Positions 36,561 through 48,897 of a stretch of 64,000 bases of DNA are shown here, piece after piece. The position numbers were made by a program, and so were the translations under genes. The stretch is taken from contig JANJGN010000025.1 of NCBI GenBank assembly GCA_026770705.1, positions 41,788,001 through 41,852,000 on the forward strand, written 5' to 3'. The notes beneath the pieces were generated by a model, which ran no database searches, was not told the origin of the DNA, and saw only the letters and a list, made by a program, of their open reading frames with translations. This stretch comes from Isurus oxyrinchus. Its lineage: Eukaryota. The first letter of the stretch is position 1. Each line of letters starts with the position of its first letter.

Positions 36561-37794
36561 GAGCTCATTTATCCCAATTCACTCTACTGGAGAGTCGCAT
36601 TTTGCTTCAGCAGATAAACGAATTGATCCTAGAAATTGGTTTGCTATGGGCTGTATATGGGGTGGTTTCAGTTAGAACCTGTATGTCATGGGGTGATCTT
36701 GAGGTTCTGCTTTCTATGGACAAAATTAGCAGGATAGAGAAATCCACATTCAGATTTAGCCAGGTCCAACACCATGTGAGAAAGCAGAGCTGGGAATTCT
36801 CACAGAGCAAATTCAGTTCCAAACTAGAAACAGACCCAAAAGAAAAGACAACAGAAAAGTGAATGTTCCATCGACCATTGTTGCGTTATGTTGTTTAAGA
36901 ATTGTGGCAGAAAGTCCAGAATTGCTTTTTTTGTTTAGTTTATGTGCACTCTGCAAAAACTTCAATTCTTGATTAGTCACCAATCTCATCTCACCAGCAC
37001 ATTCACAAGTTCTGGGGGAGTGTGCAGAATACACTATGTAGTTTCCATGTAAAATGAGGTGTATCCCCAGGTTAAAGTGCTGTATATGGTCTGCTCTGGT
37101 TGCCAAAGGATACAAGGTTCACTTGTCAGGCTGCCTGGTGCTCCTCAGGTGAGAAGATATCTACAGCAGATGCTCAATCTGAGACAGGCATGTACAATTC
37201 TGCTTCTGGCAAGGTTGACATCATCATTCCCATTAATGAGGTGTTTTAAATAATGATTTACAGAATCACTGAATGAAGCAAGATGCCATTCAGCACAAGG
37301 TTTCTGTGCTGAATCTTTGAAAGAGCTGTCCAATTATTCCCAGTCCCCTCCTCTTTCCCTAGGTTTGTCCACCAATAAGGGCTAAAACAGACGTTGCAAA
37401 TCTTCATGATCCGTGAATGTGAAACAGAACAAATTCCAACAGATAAGAAATATACACACAAATAGGATGAATTCACCTGGGTTTGAGGGCAGGGTTAGCA
37501 GGGCATGGACCGTGGTGGCTCAAAGGACACAGGTTGGACACACCTGGAATAGAACAATGTCCATCTCTGGGACTGGTTGTAATGCAGCCCAGACAGAAGG
37601 GATTGAAATCAGCTCTTCCTGGAAGTGAGCTTTGGGCTAAACAGTAGCTGCACTGACTGTCGTCACCCAAAGCATTCACTTATCTTTCTTTTTCAGATTT
37701 AGTTATTTATAGCACTGTTTTATCTCAGATTTCCAGCATTTGTCTTTTCCCTCTTCATCTTCTGACCAGTGTAACTCCACAACAAAAACTTCAT

Positions 37795-38150
37795 GGGCTG
37801 AATTTTCCCCTCATTGGGGGGAAGTTGATGGGCGGATGCGCACAGGCGCACTTCCGATCGGGGGCACGGCACCATTGTAATTGGCCCGCCCAGCGTGATG
37901 TCTGCACAGAAGCGCTATGCACTCCCTGTGCAGGCTGGGGGGAATCCCAAAATCGAAAATGCCGTCTTTAGCACATGCGCATGAAAGAGCACACTTATCT
38001 CCCTGAGGCTAAGTGCTGCCTCAGGGAGATCGGCTCAACATGTTAAAAACCTAAAAATAAAAATGTAAAATTTTCCTAACATGTCCCCTCATGTGACATT
38101 GTCAGGTGAGTTGAGACATGTCCATAATTTTCCCAAAAACATGGTAACAA
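37795..38150. mobile_element. Partial Harbinger-type MITE
   Basis: Starts GGGCTGAATTTT; reverse complement of ~250-619, including the 14-bp hairpin. Confidence 0.8.
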
Positions 38151-39599
38151 TTTCCCCCACAGGAATCATTACATGCCATAGTCTTCTTTAAAGAGGAGCA
38201 ATAGATTCTCCAGTTCACTAATTCATATTCACCTTCAATCACTACGCACCTGCCTTTCAAACCTACTGCTACCATCCCATAACTTCACCTTTTTTTCAAT
38301 CCTTTCAAGACCTCCTTAAAGATGTTCTCTTCAACTGCACTTCTGTTACCCCATCCTCTGTTTCACTTCCTCACTCATACTTGGTGTTTTTCCCTTTCAC
38401 CCTGTAAATCACTCAGATTGCCAGGAATGAGCGTGAGAATGATGATAGGGTTGTTGTCTCTATTACACTGCCAAGCCAATTCTTGTGTGAAGAAGATCCT
38501 GACATCAATATTAAATGTCACTATAGTATGAATCTGTGCCCCTACCTGTCCTACAGTCAATTATAACTTGAAGCAATTTTAATGATTTATTTGTTCCACA
38601 CTACATACCATCATCCAGGAAGTTCCTTTGCTACATTACTTTAAGGCTGAAAGGCTAAGTTTCACCAGTCTTTCCTCATATCAATCCCCCGATACTAAGA
38701 GGCAACCTTGTATCTTCCCAACACCATCGGCTATGATTTTCTCTACCAAACTGGACAGCAAACTCAAGGTGCAGTTTGAGCAAAGCATCATACAATTGCT
38801 GCAGGACATCTTCCCTCTCATACTCCATTGATTTGGCTGATTAGTTTAGCTCAGAGACTGGATAATTATTTCAGACAGACAAAGCCCTTCTAGTCCACAG
38901 TATTCCCTTGGTGCATTTCTAATAACCCTGACTCCCATTTGTTGGCAAGAACTTGTTTAGTTTCTTCTTGAAACTCATTGTAGTTTCTTACTCCACCTAC
39001 TAAGCGGGTAATCTGTACCACATACTCTCTCTCCTCTCAGGTAAAAGAGGTTCTACCTAAATGGCTTTTGTTACCCTTAATTTATAATTACAACCTTGTG
39101 CTTCAATCCTGGATCAGTTTGGTTTCTCTTTATAATTCAACAATGCTGATTTTCCAGAGTTTTGAACACATGGGGTTCTTGCTCCTCAGATGCAATTCCA
39201 GGGGGAAGGGGTGGAGGCAGCATAATGGGTCTCTACCTCCTTTACCTTGCCCTAGGTGTCTTGACCATTAGCCGAAGGCAGGTTGAGTACCTACCTCTAC
39301 AACTTGGGCAGGTTAGGAGTTGCTGGATATTGATGTGGAGGGCATCCCTGGATCTCCCCTGATATTTTCCTTCCCCAATACTGGAATGTCATCCATTTGG
39401 AGAAGAAGTGACCCTCCCTCAGGCACTCCCCTCTCTAATCATGGAGGGCCAGTGAAGGTGACAGAACCCAAAGCAGGTACCTTTGTTATTAGAAGGCTAA
39501 GGCCAGCAGCCAGAAGTCCCTAAACACCAATAAGAATTTACACAGCTGCAGCAGCGAACTTACCTCCTGCTGTTCCAAGCTCTCCCTGGGCTGGATTGA

Positions 39600-41812
39600 A
39601 AAGGATGCGGAGAGCAGGAGAGACTTCAGTTTAAACAGGGTGCGGAGAGTGGCGGGGACTTCAGTTTGGGTACCTTGCTGGGACTCTGCTCCAACAGCAG
39701 AGCAGACCTGCGGGAGACAGTGGGGAGCTGGGGAGCGCACTATTTCACTTGTTTCACTGTTTCAGCTGCTGGGAAGTTGCAGTCCAGGAAAAAAATAAAA
39801 AGCAACTGGGATGTCACAGGAAGTTAGTGAGTTGATTGGCCGGTAAGTGCTCAGGCTAAGGGACAGTGTGTGGAAAACCAGCTTAGGACAGGTGAGTTAA
39901 GGTAGATCTATAAATAAAAATAACTGAAACTTTAAAATAATAAACCAAAATTTAAAAACTTTAGAATTGAAATCAACCAATAAAGATAAAAAAAGCAATA
40001 AAAATAAAGTAATTTAAACAAACGTCTAAAACACGTACTTTGTAGTTAAGAAGCACATAATCTTTAGTTGTCAGTGGTACTAGCATTCAATAAAGACAGT
40101 AAATTTAGTATACATAGGAAGAAAGTAAGGAAAAAGCATACAACTCCGCAAAGGTGAGTGGCAGGACAGATGACTGGACAGAATATAAAGAATGGCAGAG
40201 AATGACCAAAAGATTAATCAGGAGAAAGAAATTAGGGTATGAGAGGAAGCTAGCTAGAAATGGCAAGAGTTTCTACAGGTACTTAAAAAGGAAAAGAGTA
40301 AGTAAATTGAGTGTTGGTCCTCTAGAGAGTGACGGTGAGGAGTTAATAGTAGATAATAATGAAATGACAGAAGAAATGAACAAATATTTTGCTTCTGTGT
40401 TCACTATATGGGATACAAAAAACATTCCAGTAATAGCTGCAAATCAGGAGGTGAACGTGAGAACTTGGTGAAATTGAAATCACTAGAGATACAGTATTGA
40501 GCAAACTAATGAAGCTGCGGGCTGGCAAGTGTCCGGGTCCTGATGGACTACATCCTAGGGTCTTAAGAGATGTGGCTAATGAGGTAGTAAATGCATTGAT
40601 GTTAATTTTCCAAAATTTGCTAGATTCTGGAAAGGTTCCATCAGATTGGAAAGTAGCAAATATAACCCCTCTATTCAAGAGAGGGAGGCAGAAAACAGGA
40701 AACTATAGGCCAGTTAGTTTGACGTCTGTCATGGGGAAGTTATTAGAATTGATCATTAAGGAGGTTATAGCTGGGCACTTAGAAGAGCTCAAGGCAATAA
40801 GGAAGAGTCAGCAAGGTTTGTGAAAGGAAAATCATGTTTAACCAATTTATTGGAGTTTTTTGACGGAGTAACATGCGCAATGGATAAAGGGGAGCCTGTA
40901 GATGTACTGTACTTGGACTTCCAGAAGGCATTTGATAAGGTGCCACATCAAAGATTACTATGGAAAATAAAAGCGCAGAGTGTAGGATGTAACACATTAG
41001 CATGGACAGAAGATTGGCTGGCTGGCAGAAAGCAGAGAGTATGCATGAATGGGTCTTTTTCTGATTGGCAGGAAATGACTAGTGGAGTCCCACAGGGGTC
41101 TTTACCTGGGCCTCAACTTTTAACGATTTGCATCAGTGACTTAGATAAGGGGAGGGAAGGCATGGTAGCTAAATTTGCAGATGACACAAAAATAGGTAGG
41201 AATGTATGTTATGAAGAGAACAAGAGGAGGTAGCAGATGGATATAGATAGGTTGAGTGAGTGGGCAGAGTCCTGGCAAATGGAGTTCGATGTGGGAAAAC
41301 GTGGAGCTGTTCACTTTGACAGGAAGAACAAAAAAAATCACAGTATTACTTAAACGGAGAACAGCTGCATAATTCTGAGGTGCAGAGGGATCTAGGTGTT
41401 CCCATACATGAGTCACAAAAAGTTAGTATGCGGGTACAGCAAGTAATTAAGAAAGCTAATTGAATGCTATCCTTTATTACGAGAGGGATTGAACATAAAA
41501 GTAAGGATGTTATGCTTCAGTTATACAGGGTATTGGTGAGACCGCACCGCGAATGCTGAGTGCAGTTTGGTCTCCTTATTTAAGGAAGGATGTAAATGCA
41601 TTGGAGGCGGTTCACAGGAGGTTTACTCGATTGATACCTGGAATGAGTGGGTTGTCTTATGAGGAAAGGTTGGACAGACTGGGCTTGTTTACACTGGAGT
41701 TTAGAAGAGTGAGGGGTGATTTGATTGAAGTATATAAGATCCTAAATGGCCTTGACAAGGTGGACATGGAAAGGATGTTTCCTCTTGTGGGTGAGTCCAG
41801 AACCAGGGGGCA
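39600..41812 (+). mobile_element. CR1 with a 5'UTR-like segment joined to mid-ORF2 (ORF1 and EN missing), 3' end cut
   Basis: 39625-39850 resembles 22312-22520; RT motifs PGPDGLHPRVL, YLDFQKAFDKV, PQGS, KFADDTK at 40150-41812. Confidence 0.85.
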
Positions 41813-44045
41813 CTATTACTAGACTAGTCTAATCCAGGGGCTCAGGGTAATGCTCTGGGACCCCGGTTCAAATCCCACCACAGCAGATGGTGGAATTTGG
41901 GTTCAATAAAAGCCATGAAACCATGTCAATTGACGTAAAAACCCATTTAGTTCACTTATGCACTTAAGGGAAGGAAAGCTACCATCCTTACCTGGTCTGG
42001 CCTACATGTGACAGACCCACAGCAATGTGGTTGACTCTTAATGCCATCTGAAATGGCCTAGCAAGCCATGTCAAACTGCTAAAAACAAGTCAGACACCTG
42101 GCATCACCCTACGCACCAAAGACAAGAACGGCAAACTCAGCCCTGCCGATCCTGCAAAGTCCTCCTTATGAACAAAATTGGGACAGCTGTCTCACAAACT
42201 AGTCAAGCAACAGCCTGACATATTCATACTCACAGAAACATACCTCACAGGTCACGTCCCAGGCACCACCATCACCATTCCTGGATATGTCCTGTCCCAC
42301 CAGCAGGACAGGCCCAACAGAGATGGTGGCGAAGTGGTATACAGTCAGAAGGGAGCTGAGAGTCCTTAACATCAACTCCAGATCTCATGAAGTCTCATGG
42401 CATCGGTCAAACATGGGCAAGGAAGCCTCCTGCTGATTTCCACATACTTCAACCCGTCAGCTGATGAGTCAGTGCTCCTTCATGTTGAACGTCATTTGGA
42501 GGAAGCACCAAGGGTGACAAGGGCACAGAATGTACTCTGTAACATCCATCACCTAGAGTGGCTCGGTAGCACTGTTACAGACAGAGCTGGCTGAGTCCTA
42601 AAGGACATAGCTGCTAGACTGGGTCTGCGGCAGATGGTGAGGGAACCAACAAGAGGGAAAAGTGTACTTGACCTGCCTGCATAGATGCATCTGTGGCAGT
42701 AGGAGTCACACCGCACAGTCCTTGTGGAGGCAAAGTCACGTCTTCACATTGAGGATACCCTCCATCGTGTTGTGTGGCAGTACCACCGTGCTAAATAGGA
42801 TAGAATTCAAACAGATCTATCAACTCAAAACTGGGCATCCATGAGGCGCTGTGGGCAGCAGAGTTGTATTCAACCACAATCTGTAACCTCATGGCCTGGC
42901 ATATCCTCCACTCTACCATTACCATCAAGACAGAGGATCAACCCTGGTTCAATGAAGGGTGCAGGAGGGCATGCCAGGTGTACCTAAAAATTAGATTTCA
43001 ACCTGGTGAAACTATAACACAGGATTACTTGCATGCCAAACAGCATGCAGCAAGCAAGAGACAGACAGAGCTAAGCGATTCTACAACCAATGAGTCAGAT
43101 CTAAGCTTTGCAGTCCTGCTGCATCCAGTTGTGAATAGTGGTGAACAATTAAACAATCCACTGGAGGCTTCACAAATATCAACATCAATGATGGGGGAGA
43201 CCAGCACATCGGTGCAAAAGATAAGGCTGAAACATTTGTAACAATCTTCCGCCAGAAGTGCCGACTGGATGATCCATCTCGGCCTCCTCCAAAGGTCCCC
43301 AGCATCACAACGCCAGTCTTCAACAAATTCAATTCACTCCACGTGATATCAAGAAGTGGCTGAAGGCTTTAGATACTGCAAACGCTATGGGTTCTAACAA
43401 TATTCAGGCAATGGTACTGAAGACTTGTGCTCCAGAACTTGCCGTGCCCCTAGCTAAGCTGTTCCAGTACAGCTACAACACTGGCATCTACCCAGCTATA
43501 TGGAAAATTGCTCAGGTACGGCCTGTACACAAAAAGCAGGACAAATTCAACCTGGCCAATTACTGCCCCATCAGTCTACTCTCTAAAAGTAAAGCAATGG
43601 AAGGGGTCATAAACAGTGTTATCAAGCGGCACTTGCTTAGCAATAACATGCTTGCTGACACCCAGTTTGGGTTCCGCCAGGGTCACTCAGTTCCTAACCT
43701 CATTACAGCCTTGGTTCAAACATGGACAAAAGAGCTGAACTCCAGAGGTGAGGTGAGAGTGACTGACTTGACATCGAGGCCGCATTTGACCAAGTGTGGC
43801 ATCAAGGAGCCCTAACAAAACTGGAGTCAATTGGATTCAGGGGGAAAACTCTCCACTGTTTGGAGTCATACCCAGCACAAAGGAAGATGGTTGTGGTTGT
43901 TGGAGGTCAATCATCTCAGTTCCAGGACATCAGGAATTCTTCAGGGTAGTGTCCTAGGCACCACCATCTTCTCATGGGCAGTTAGAGATGGCAACAATTT
44001 TGGCCTAGCCAGCAAAGCCCACATTCCATAAATGAATAACAAAAA
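41813..44045 (+). mobile_element. LINE with tRNA-derived/SINE-core 5' head fused to EN-RT (second family), internally deleted
   Basis: B box GGTTCAAATCCC at 41865-41876; SINE core ~41935-42068; then CKVLLMN..KLGQLSHKLVKQQPDIFILTETYL (APE), WKIAQVRPVHKK, NYCPISLLS, QFGFRQGHS, QGSVLG; then the family tail. Confidence 0.85.
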
Positions 44046-44194
44046 CAGGCAGAAGGAGTCAATGGTGTTAGAATAGGTGGAGCTCCATTGGGATAGAGAG
44101 AAAAGGAACTAAGAAAGGGCAGCTCCACAGAAATAAGGAGAAGAATGGGGTGACTGACTATCGAAAGATGCAAAGATATCCAAGAAGAGAGAGC

Positions 44195-44975
44195 ACCTCA
44201 GATACTGAAGCAGTCTATTTCACATGCAACAAGATGTGGTACCATACAATTTCCAGGCAATGACTAACCCCAACAAGAGAGAATATAACCATTTCCCTTT
44301 GACATTCAATGGCATTACCATCGTTGAACCACCCACCATAGACATCCTGGAGGTTACCATTGACCAGAACCCGAATTTGGCCAGCCATTTAAATACTTTT
44401 ACAAGAGCAGGTCAGAGATGGTGAATAACTCATCTCCTGACTCCCCAAAGCCTGTCCGCCATCTCAAGGCACAAGTCAGGATTTAGATGGATTACTCTCC
44501 ACTTGCCTAGATGAGTGCAATTCCAACAAATACTCAGGACGTTTGACACCATCCAGGACAAAGCAGCCAGCTTTATTGGCACCCCATCCACCACCATTAA
44601 TATGCACTTCCTCCTCCATTGATGCACAGTGGCTGCACTGGGTGTACCATTTACAAGATACACTGCAGCAACTCATCAAGCTTCTGTCGACAGTACCTTC
44701 CAAACCTGCAATCTCTACTAACTAAAGGCCAAGGGCAACAGACACAGAGGAACACCACCTCCTGCAAGTTCCCCTCCAGGTCACACACCAGCCTGACTTC
44801 AAACTATATCACTGTTCCTTCACTGTCACTGGGGCAAAATCCTGGGACTCCCTCTCTAACAGTACTATGGATGTACCAACACCACAGGGACTGCAGCAGT
44901 TGAACACAGCAGCTCATCACCACCTTCTGAAGGACAATCAGGACTGGGCAACAAATGCTGGCCTTGACAATGACT
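44195..44975 (+). mobile_element. 3' fragment of the second LINE family
   Basis: Colinear with 28095-28920; ends ttctgaaggacaatcaggactgggcaacaaatgctggcc. Confidence 0.85.
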
Positions 44976-45814
44976 GATATTCAGTAACTGCTAAGAATCT
45001 ACTCAATGTAACACACATTCGGTTCCTGGGGAAGTCTCACGTACCTCTTGGGTGAAACCCATAACAAGCCAACAATTTTTCGTCAAAACCAATAAATTCA
45101 GATAATATTGGGAATGGCAGGCAGACTGAACTGAAAAATCATCAGTCCTGTTTCACTTATTAAAACAGTGCAAACCGTCCTTCATTGGTCAAAGTTAGTG
45201 TGAGCCACACAGGGAAACCAGTCCAGGTAATCTAAAGTACAGCACACATGGGGGTCGACACAGAATTCTGGACAATAGATCCAGCTGCTGGAAAAATAAT
45301 GCTACAATGGAACATCAACAGGGGTAACTGATGGTATAGTCTTGTTTCAACTGAGCGTTTATAAACTAGGACACGACTTCATTAATGCCTGCTGTTTAAA
45401 CATTCCCAAAGCTATATGCTAAAAATGAGCATCGGTGGACTACATCATTCATAATATAGCAGCCCCTCACCCAACAGACACAATGACACTAATGGAATTC
45501 CCAGCTACAGAACAGAATCACACAGCATCTGTTCAGTCTCTGCCCAGCAGCTCAGTCCGATTTAATTAAAGGAGAGAATAGAATTTTGCATTGTAGGTAA
45601 TTTATCTCGCGATAACTACAACCCAAGGGAACTCTTTGCTGGTTTGACATTAACAACTTTTTTGTGAGATGCTTGCACTGACTTCCTTAATGCACGTCAG
45701 TAACCAAGGGACAGAACTCAGATACAAAAAACAAAACACCGCAGACTCTAGAAATCTGAAATGAAAACTGTTTTGATGAAAAGTTCACAGACCTGAGCTT
45801 CACAGATGCTGGCA

Positions 45815-46050
45815 GACTTCAGATAATTGGCAAAAGAACCAGAGGTGGGATAAGGAGATTTGAAAAAAAAAACACAAGAAGTTATGATCTGGAATGCACT
45901 GCCTCAAAAGGGAATAGGATAAATACTTGTAGTAGAGAAAATTGCAGGGCTATGGGGAAAGAGCAGGGGAATGGGTCTAATTAGTAGCTCTTTCAAAGAA
46001 TCAGCACAGGCACATCAGGCCAATGGCCTCCTTCTACACTGCATGATTTA
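45815..46050 (+). mobile_element. CR1 3' end preceded by a decayed Penelope terminal module (45723-45818)
   Basis: IWNALP and CR1-type 3'UTR; upstream inverted tail plus ttgatgaaaagttcacagacctga...cagatgctggcagac. Confidence 0.6.
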
Positions 46051-48885
46051 ATGTTCTTGGGCAAAGTTTCATCCAACCAAAGCATCTAACAGAAAATTCT
46101 GGAGCTGGCCCACATTTTCCCCATTGTGCCCGTCTGTCAGACAAACTTTGGTTAGTGAATGTGCATTTGATTCTAACAAAGGGCCATTGACCTATAGCAT
46201 TAACTCAGTTTCTTTCCCCATGAAAGCTGCCAGACCTGCTGAGCATTTCAAGCACTTTTATGTCTCTCTGGCATTTGTAGTATTTTAGGAAAATTGGGCC
46301 CATAGGGGTGGCCATTTTGTTGAATAACTTGTACCCAGCTGATTTATGGAGTGGATGAGTTCCATTATTCTGCAGTTAAATCCTTCCCATTTATTTTCTT
46401 CCTTACGCTGTAATTTAGATTTCGTGAAAGACAGTCACAAAATTTGGATGCACAGTCGTTCAAAGAGGACATCAAGCCCATTAGTTAAAATGATACCAGT
46501 GAACAAACCTTCAAGGGCCTGTTGGGGTTTGGTCACTATCCCGTAAAGCACTCGATAGAGTTACTGCAGGCTGAGTTTTCTAGGAGTCTCGAAACTCAGC
46601 AACTTTGTTCGTTTCGTATCTTGACACACACACACACTTTCCCCTTTGGGGAATGGTGGAGAAATGTTGGAAGGATTAACAAGCTGATATCAATCAACCT
46701 GTTAAACCGCGTCATGAACTGGAATAGATCTTGAACCCGGAGCTTCTGGGTCAGACGCGGGGACACTGCCAACTGAATCACAAGGCTTCTATACCCAGAG
46801 TGCTTCTTCCTGCCTGGCCCCTCAAGCTAAATTGTCCCATTCCCCACAATATGATACCCCCTACCCTAATCCTGTCTTAGTGCTGCCTTTTCAAAGTAAG
46901 TTAATCATCAACTGGAAATATTAACTCCCGTTTCTCCCCACGGATGCTGTCTGATCTGTTGAATACTTCCAGCATTTTCTGTTTTGTATTTCAGATTTCC
47001 AGCATGCACAGTATTTTCTATTTGTCCCAATTCTTTACCCTTGGTTTAAGTGAGCACTTGTTATGACGTATCTCGGGCAGAGTTGGGCCTGAGATTAAAA
47101 CTGGTCAGAAACCATTAGCTTAGCCAAGCCCATGTTTTGTCATTTCTTTGGTCTGCCCTACTTCTCACTTCATAAAGAAAGGTAAATGGGTAAAGATTTT
47201 TGCCACCACTATCTGCTAAGGAGCTTTCACAGAAAGACGCAGTAGTTTTTTTTACTGAGAAATATTAAAACGTATCGGGTATAAATGAGCTCTCCCGTCA
47301 AAATGGATTTTATTAAACCCTTTGTGAGGCCTGTTCAATGGAGGTTTAACTGAAGCCGGCACACTAAATGGTTAAGTGTTGCTATTGGTGGAAGAAGGGA
47401 GGCCAAGTTTCAGCAAGGAATGAGATCCCCTTGCCACCATTAAACTTTAAAGATTCCGCTGGTATTTAGATTAGCTGAGCAGCGCTGGGTTTGGGGAGGC
47501 TGTAAACAGATGAGCTGTAATCTGAAGAGAAGCCCCGGTGTGGTGCGATCTATAAACTTCATTGGTCCTTGTGGGAAATTGACAACCTCAAGGTTCGCTT
47601 GTTTAAACAAATCTCTACAGTACAAAGAACTGAGTCAGAACCATTCAAAAATCTAATTTAAAAATCATCGACTTGTGGAGTACAAAGTATGCAGACAAGT
47701 TTTAAAACCTGCACTTCTAATTTCAAAGCTCAGAGGTTAACACTACCCATAAAAAGCAACGGCTCTGGTTCAAATGAAACTGAATTACAAATCAGACAAT
47801 GCCTAAATCATTGAATCAGGCTGGACAATTTGGCTACTTGGTTTCATTTTAGGCAATTTCCCACTGTCTGGAGTAGCACTGCCATTTTGTCAGGTTTTCC
47901 AGTTTCAGTTATTGATCCAGAGGCATTGACTGCAGGTGGTAAGCAATTGGAAACCTTAACTTCATACAGAAATAAATAACCAATCACAGAGAGGCAAGAC
48001 TTATGGAACACATTCAATTGGCCATTAGCTGTTACTTTGCTGCTTAAACTACTTGAGGTGCAAAAATCAGAAATGAGTCCTAATTGGTCAGCTTTCTCTC
48101 CTACAGAACAAACTCGTTCCACAGAAAAACATTCTAATTTTTGTAATCAAACAAAATTAGTGTGGAAAACACTCCTCTCAGTGACTAAAGATGGCATCAG
48201 TTTTGCACTAACCTTGTTATTTCTTTTCTCATCCTCTCCACACTATAACTTAATGAAAATGAGTTATTTTACAAGTAGACTATAAGTCACTGTCTGAAAT
48301 TCATCAGTCTCTGTGAAATGACAAACCATAGCTTTGCACGTCATGTAATGTTTAAACATCACATCCATCTTAGGCTAAAGCAGGTTCTGTCAAGAGGCCT
48401 TACAGACTTGTATTGTTTGGACAGCTGTTACAACGAAAAGCTCTCATCCATTTTCACATCCATTCTTGGCTCAGGTACTCACTGTAAAAATAAAACCTGC
48501 TGCAATTTTCATTTTTGTTCATGTGCAGCACATATCTCAATAGAATACCATCTCTTTATTGCCCTACCATTGAAACTTCTAATGCTTCTCACTGAACTTT
48601 CCACCACATTTTCCCCAAAGTGCTACACTGTCAGACGACACTAACATAGTCACTCACACACATGGCCTCTTTCAGCAATCTTTCCATTTCTGATTCACTG
48701 ATAGCTAACCAGTTGCAAATTTGTACAGGTCATCAATCGGGTAATTATTTCACATATAAATTTACTCCCCTTATTTCACTAATACAGTTGCTAAACAAGG
48801 TAAATGTTTCAGCATTTTTCACTCATTCAGAAAAATAGTTATGGACCAACTGTTTTCTGTCAACAATGACATTCTCAACAGGAAG

Positions 48886-48897
48886 GTTGCTAGCAAC
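48886..48897. promoter_or_regulatory. Perfect palindromic RFX X-box-like motif
   Basis: GTTGCTAGCAAC fits GTNRCY(N0-3)RGYAAC and lies in repeat-poor sequence. Confidence 0.3.

Noticed and set aside
36607-37545. Minus-strand exon pair (67-nt segment plus acceptor near 36823)
   Set aside because: Phase compatibility has a 1-in-3 chance and the peptide resembles no family I recognise.
41865-41876. B-box hits (also ~36500, 46735, 58260, 59985) as tRNA genes
   Set aside because: No complete cloverleaf; they are SINE heads.
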